Part shown: positions 62,801-64,000 of the stretch, piece by piece
Layout of the letters: each line of letters opens with the position of its first letter
Numbering within the stretch: the first letter of the stretch is position 1
From: Callorhinchus milii
Taxonomy: Eukaryota
Assembly (NCBI RefSeq): GCF_018977255.1
Contig: NW_024704742.1
Span: 86,988,001 to 87,052,000 of the forward strand
DNA: 64,000 nt
Direction of reading: 5' to 3'
Notes under the pieces: generated by a model
Told to the model about the DNA's origin: nothing
Databases searched by the model: none
Seen by the model: the letters and a program-made list of their open reading frames with translations, nothing else
Position numbers and translations under genes: made by a program

Positions 62801-63518
62801 ACTTGCACTCCACAGTTGGGCAACTGATAATTGACTAAAATCCTAGCTGTCATCACAACTACTTCAAATTGGTTGCTGTCTCTAAATTATAAAGTAAAAT
62901 CATTACAATGATACTTTTAGAAGCATTATTATAATGTAGATGGAATTCATTTTTATTAGATCATGGAAAATAGTCAGTGTGCAATCTCCTACAAGCAGCC
63001 ATAAAGTGAATAACCAATTTTATCTGGGGGATTGTTGACCAGGACACCGGAAGAAATTCCCTCTTGTTTTTAATAGTGCCATGGGATCCCTCACATCCAC
63101 CTGAACAGGCAGTTAGGTTCTCAGCTTAGTATTTCTTCTTCACTGAAATGTCAGCCTAGGCTGTGAGCTTAATCCCAACATGGGGTTTGAACCCTAGTCC
63201 TTTTGACTCGGGAGCAAGAGTGCTACCAACTGAGCCATCAAATATGAATGGAGTAGAAGTCTAGACATGCATATTACTTGATCTCAATTACTGCATTGCT
63301 TACATTTAAAAGAAAAACCTGTTTGTGAATTACATCCCATGCTTTTGCAATTCATACAATTGAATTTTGTCTACAGGTGGCTGTGCAATCCGAACATTGA
63401 CAATACCACCAGAAAGTGGGCTGTTGAAGGGATGGCCTACCTGACTCTCGATGCAGACGTGAAGGACGATTTTGTCACGGATGAAGCATCAATGCAGGCG
63501 ATGTTTGATTTATCAAAG
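38671..63518 (+). CDS. unc45b: unc-45 myosin chaperone B, 11 coding exons, 3' part outside the window. join(38671..38832,40849..40885,41601..41776,42495..42584,44079..44246,49994..50162,50780..50950,54117..54288,60729..61029,62068..62162,63377..63518)
   Basis: The spliced translation [16 protein letters not shown]...[59 protein letters not shown].../[21 protein letters not shown].../[37 protein letters not shown]...[19 protein letters not shown] matches vertebrate UNC-45 from memory. [17 protein letters not shown] and [13 protein letters not shown] are the B (muscle) paralogue forms; A has GGTDFSMKQF and YLTFDADVKEEFV. All junctions are GT-AG with compatible phases. Confidence 0.96.
40849..40885 (+). 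CDS. unc45b: unc45b coding exon 2 (37 nt)
   Basis: ccttgaag|GAAAACTATGTACCAGCCGCAACAGATGCCTCAAAAG|gtaagt; [12 protein letters not shown]. Confidence 0.93.
41039..41356 (+). mobile_element. Young SINE, same family as 18299 (full length), in an unc45b intron
   Basis: Same head, body and (att)n tail; colinear with 18299-18604 and with the reverse complement of 49566-49881. Confidence 0.9.
41601..41776 (+). CDS. unc45b: unc45b coding exon 3 (TPR3)
   Basis: atttcaccag|CCATTGAT...GAGAAG|gttaga; [58 protein letters not shown]. Confidence 0.95.
41818..41968 (-). mobile_element. tRNA-Gly(GCC)-derived head fused to a CR1 3' tail (short SINE-like chimera or tRNA pseudogene)
   Basis: Reverse complement GTATTGGCGCTTCAGTGGGGGATTCTCACCTGCCACATGGGAGGCCCGGGTTCGATTCCCAACTGATAT aligns end to end with vertebrate tRNA-Gly-GCC, but the T stem and anticodon stem are broken. 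It is followed by ...gggccacaatggcctgtttctgtgttgtacaatctatat, which resembles the CR1 tails at 6385-6430 and 25085-25130. Confidence 0.75.
42495..42584 (+). CDS. unc45b: unc45b coding exon 4
   Basis: tttcaacag|CTGAAA...GAAAAG|gtttgt; [30 protein letters not shown]. Confidence 0.95.
42815..43230 (+). mobile_element. Old full-length DeuSINE-type element (SacSINE1/AmnSINE1-like)
   Basis: Head gtcagtgtggctcatttggtacc...agaagattgtgggttcaagcccc; Deu core gaggtgctgtccttcggatgag...cccatggcactatttg...ctcctggtgtactggcc; L2-type tail. Other copies or fragments at 1-120 (-), 23795-24060 (+), 26945-27320 (-), 46333-47515 (+, interrupted), 52790-53215 (-), 61220-61560 (-) and 62980-63240 (-). Confidence 0.8.
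44079..44246 (+). CDS. unc45b: unc45b coding exon 5
   Basis: ttatgcag|GCTATA...GCAAGG|gtgagt; [23 protein letters not shown]...[17 protein letters not shown]. Confidence 0.95.
46430..46632. mobile_element. hAT-like MITE remnant containing a 42-bp palindrome, nested in a DeuSINE head
   Basis: tagtgctgaccaaactacagcccatgggctggttctggcct resembles hAT/Charlie (MER58-type) ends. The SINE head text resumes at about 46633. Confidence 0.5.
46677..47263. mobile_element. Non-autonomous Tc1/mariner (Tigger/pogo-like) MITE
   Basis: TA|CAGTGAAAGCTGCTTTAGCCGGATAC ... GTGTCCAGCTTAAGCGGCTTCCACTA|TA: imperfect 26-bp TIRs, TA on both sides, and a subterminal TIR-like repeat ccggttaatccggaca at 46766. Confidence 0.75.
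49566..49881 (-). mobile_element. Young SINE, same family (full length, antisense), in an unc45b intron
   Basis: Reverse complement begins gaagtcctgtagctcagtggttagagcactcgc and ends gctatatcaaatgcaagg(att)n. Confidence 0.9.
49994..50162 (+). CDS. unc45b: unc45b coding exon 6
   Basis: gttcacag|GCTTGC...CTGCTGG|gtaact; [33 protein letters not shown]...RGKEEAMLL. Confidence 0.95.
50780..50950 (+). CDS. unc45b: unc45b coding exon 7
   Basis: attctgcag|ACACAACT...GATATGG|gtgagt; ...[29 protein letters not shown]... Confidence 0.95.
52421..53902 (+). repeat. About 120-bp direct repeat pair (52421-52548 and 53791-53902)
   Basis: gaa.tctgcataagt...ccaatgaag.aacac..aaagcttag...tgc.ttgcacacattg..cg.gagcaaagcatcaatgggaaatct. 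Confidence 0.88.
54117..54288 (+). CDS. unc45b: unc45b coding exon 8
   Basis: actttccag|GTTTGAAG...TACGTAAC|gtgagt; [56 protein letters not shown] (not in the ORF track, read by hand). Confidence 0.94.
54295..54400 (+). mobile_element. hAT/Charlie-like (MER30-type) terminal sequence
   Basis: cagggtgatccaaccttttggatatcgagggccagat...gggctgcat resembles CAGGGGTGTCCAATCTTTTGG...GGGCCAC ends; the other end was not located. Confidence 0.45.
55186..55650 (-). mobile_element. Young 5'-truncated L2 inserted into a CR1 tail
   Basis: CpG-rich; [36 protein letters not shown]...[15 protein letters not shown]; (GTT)n tail. CR1 tail text on both sides (55100-55185 and 55651-55690). Confidence 0.9.
57780..60460 (+). 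mobile_element. L2 LINE (RT to tail) interrupted by an antisense L2 at 57955-59102
   Basis: The plus-strand reading ...[25 protein letters not shown] is split at 57954/59103; tail (GTT)n at about 60450. Confidence 0.9.
57955..59102 (-). mobile_element. 5'-truncated L2 with an open 245-aa RT C-terminal ORF
   Basis: ORF 58368..59105 [10 protein letters not shown]...VPQGSVLG...[12 protein letters not shown]...FHWLPIP; tail (GTT)n at 57955-57985. Confidence 0.92.
60729..61029 (+). CDS. unc45b: unc45b coding exon 9
   Basis: cattgcag|GAGCAAA...CTGGTG|gtaagt; [30 protein letters not shown]...[13 protein letters not shown]...KIKIRALV. Confidence 0.95.
62068..62162 (+). CDS. unc45b: unc45b coding exon 10
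   Basis: ttcccaataag|GGCCTATGC...TGCAGAAA|gtaagt; [32 protein letters not shown]. Confidence 0.95.
63377..63518 (+). CDS. unc45b: unc45b coding exon 11 (start of UCS domain region)
   Basis: gtctacag|GTGGCTG...TCAAAG|gtgaaa; [47 protein letters not shown]. Confidence 0.95.
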
Positions 63519-64000
63519 GTGAAAATTCATTATCATCTTCAATTGACTGTCAATAGAGATGAATCTAATGTTCAACAATATCTTCCTATACAATTAGGAA
63601 ACTCCCAGAGCAATTTTCGGACAGATTCAAGACAGCCACCAGTAACTTAGTTAGTTGTGACCACATAGTGTTAGTGGCCATAGTTGTTGATTACTTTTCA
63701 GTGATGCCTGGTGAGATAGTGGGTTAAAATTACCATTGATGATTATCACATCACAAGTTCCAGTTTCATCCCAATGGTTCTTAATGGAAGGATGTTATTT
63801 TTTGAGCGCAAGATAATTGGAAGAAAAGTGTCATGTGAATGGACTGAAAGGTCTGCTTCAATGTTCGGACTCTCTCTTTCTGAGTCCAACAACTGCGTTC
63901 ACAACTTGTCGAAGTATCCATTGTACCATTCAAGTAGATATGGGTTCATTTTATCTTTCTACTAGCTCTATCCGTTGCAGCTACGCTTGTAACCAAAGGA

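Noticed and set aside
38671..63518. Assignment as unc45a
   Set aside because: The diagnostic residues ([39 protein letters not shown]) and the short N-terminus match the B paralogue.
1..64000. CRISPR-like recurrence of gctatatcaaatgcaagg(att)n
   Set aside because: Irregularly spaced on both strands with variable 5' extent; these are SINE/L2 3' tails, not an array.

Overview
Vertebrate genomic DNA. The repeat content (DeuSINE-type SINEs, L2 and CR1 LINEs) points to a cartilaginous fish, possibly a holocephalan such as Callorhinchus; that assignment is inference. The only protein-coding gene I can identify is unc45b, the striated-muscle myosin chaperone (TPR + central + UCS domains), on the + strand. 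Eleven coding exons run from the ATG at 38671 to 63518 (1683 nt, 561 codons), all with canonical GT-AG sites and consistent phases, and the gene continues beyond the window. About 8 kb upstream of the ATG lies a compact cluster: a four-unit perfect heat-shock element, three CAGCTG E-boxes, a TATA-like box, splice donors and a perfect CArG/YY1 site. This is a strong candidate for the unc45b promoter and non-coding exon 1. A CpG- and microsatellite-rich promoter-like island at about 19.2-20.4 kb probably belongs to an unidentified divergently transcribed gene. The rest is intron or intergenic DNA dense in nested L2/CR1 fragments, several generations of tRNA-derived SINEs, hAT and Tigger-like MITEs and small local duplications. 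Most long ORFs in the track are LINE debris or low-complexity artefacts. I found no prokaryotic-type system such as CRISPR. The most unusual items are a minimal tRNA-Gly/CR1-tail SINE-like chimera, a modular SINE lineage sharing its 3' stem-loop with local L2s, and inverted-repeat architectures inside unc45b introns.
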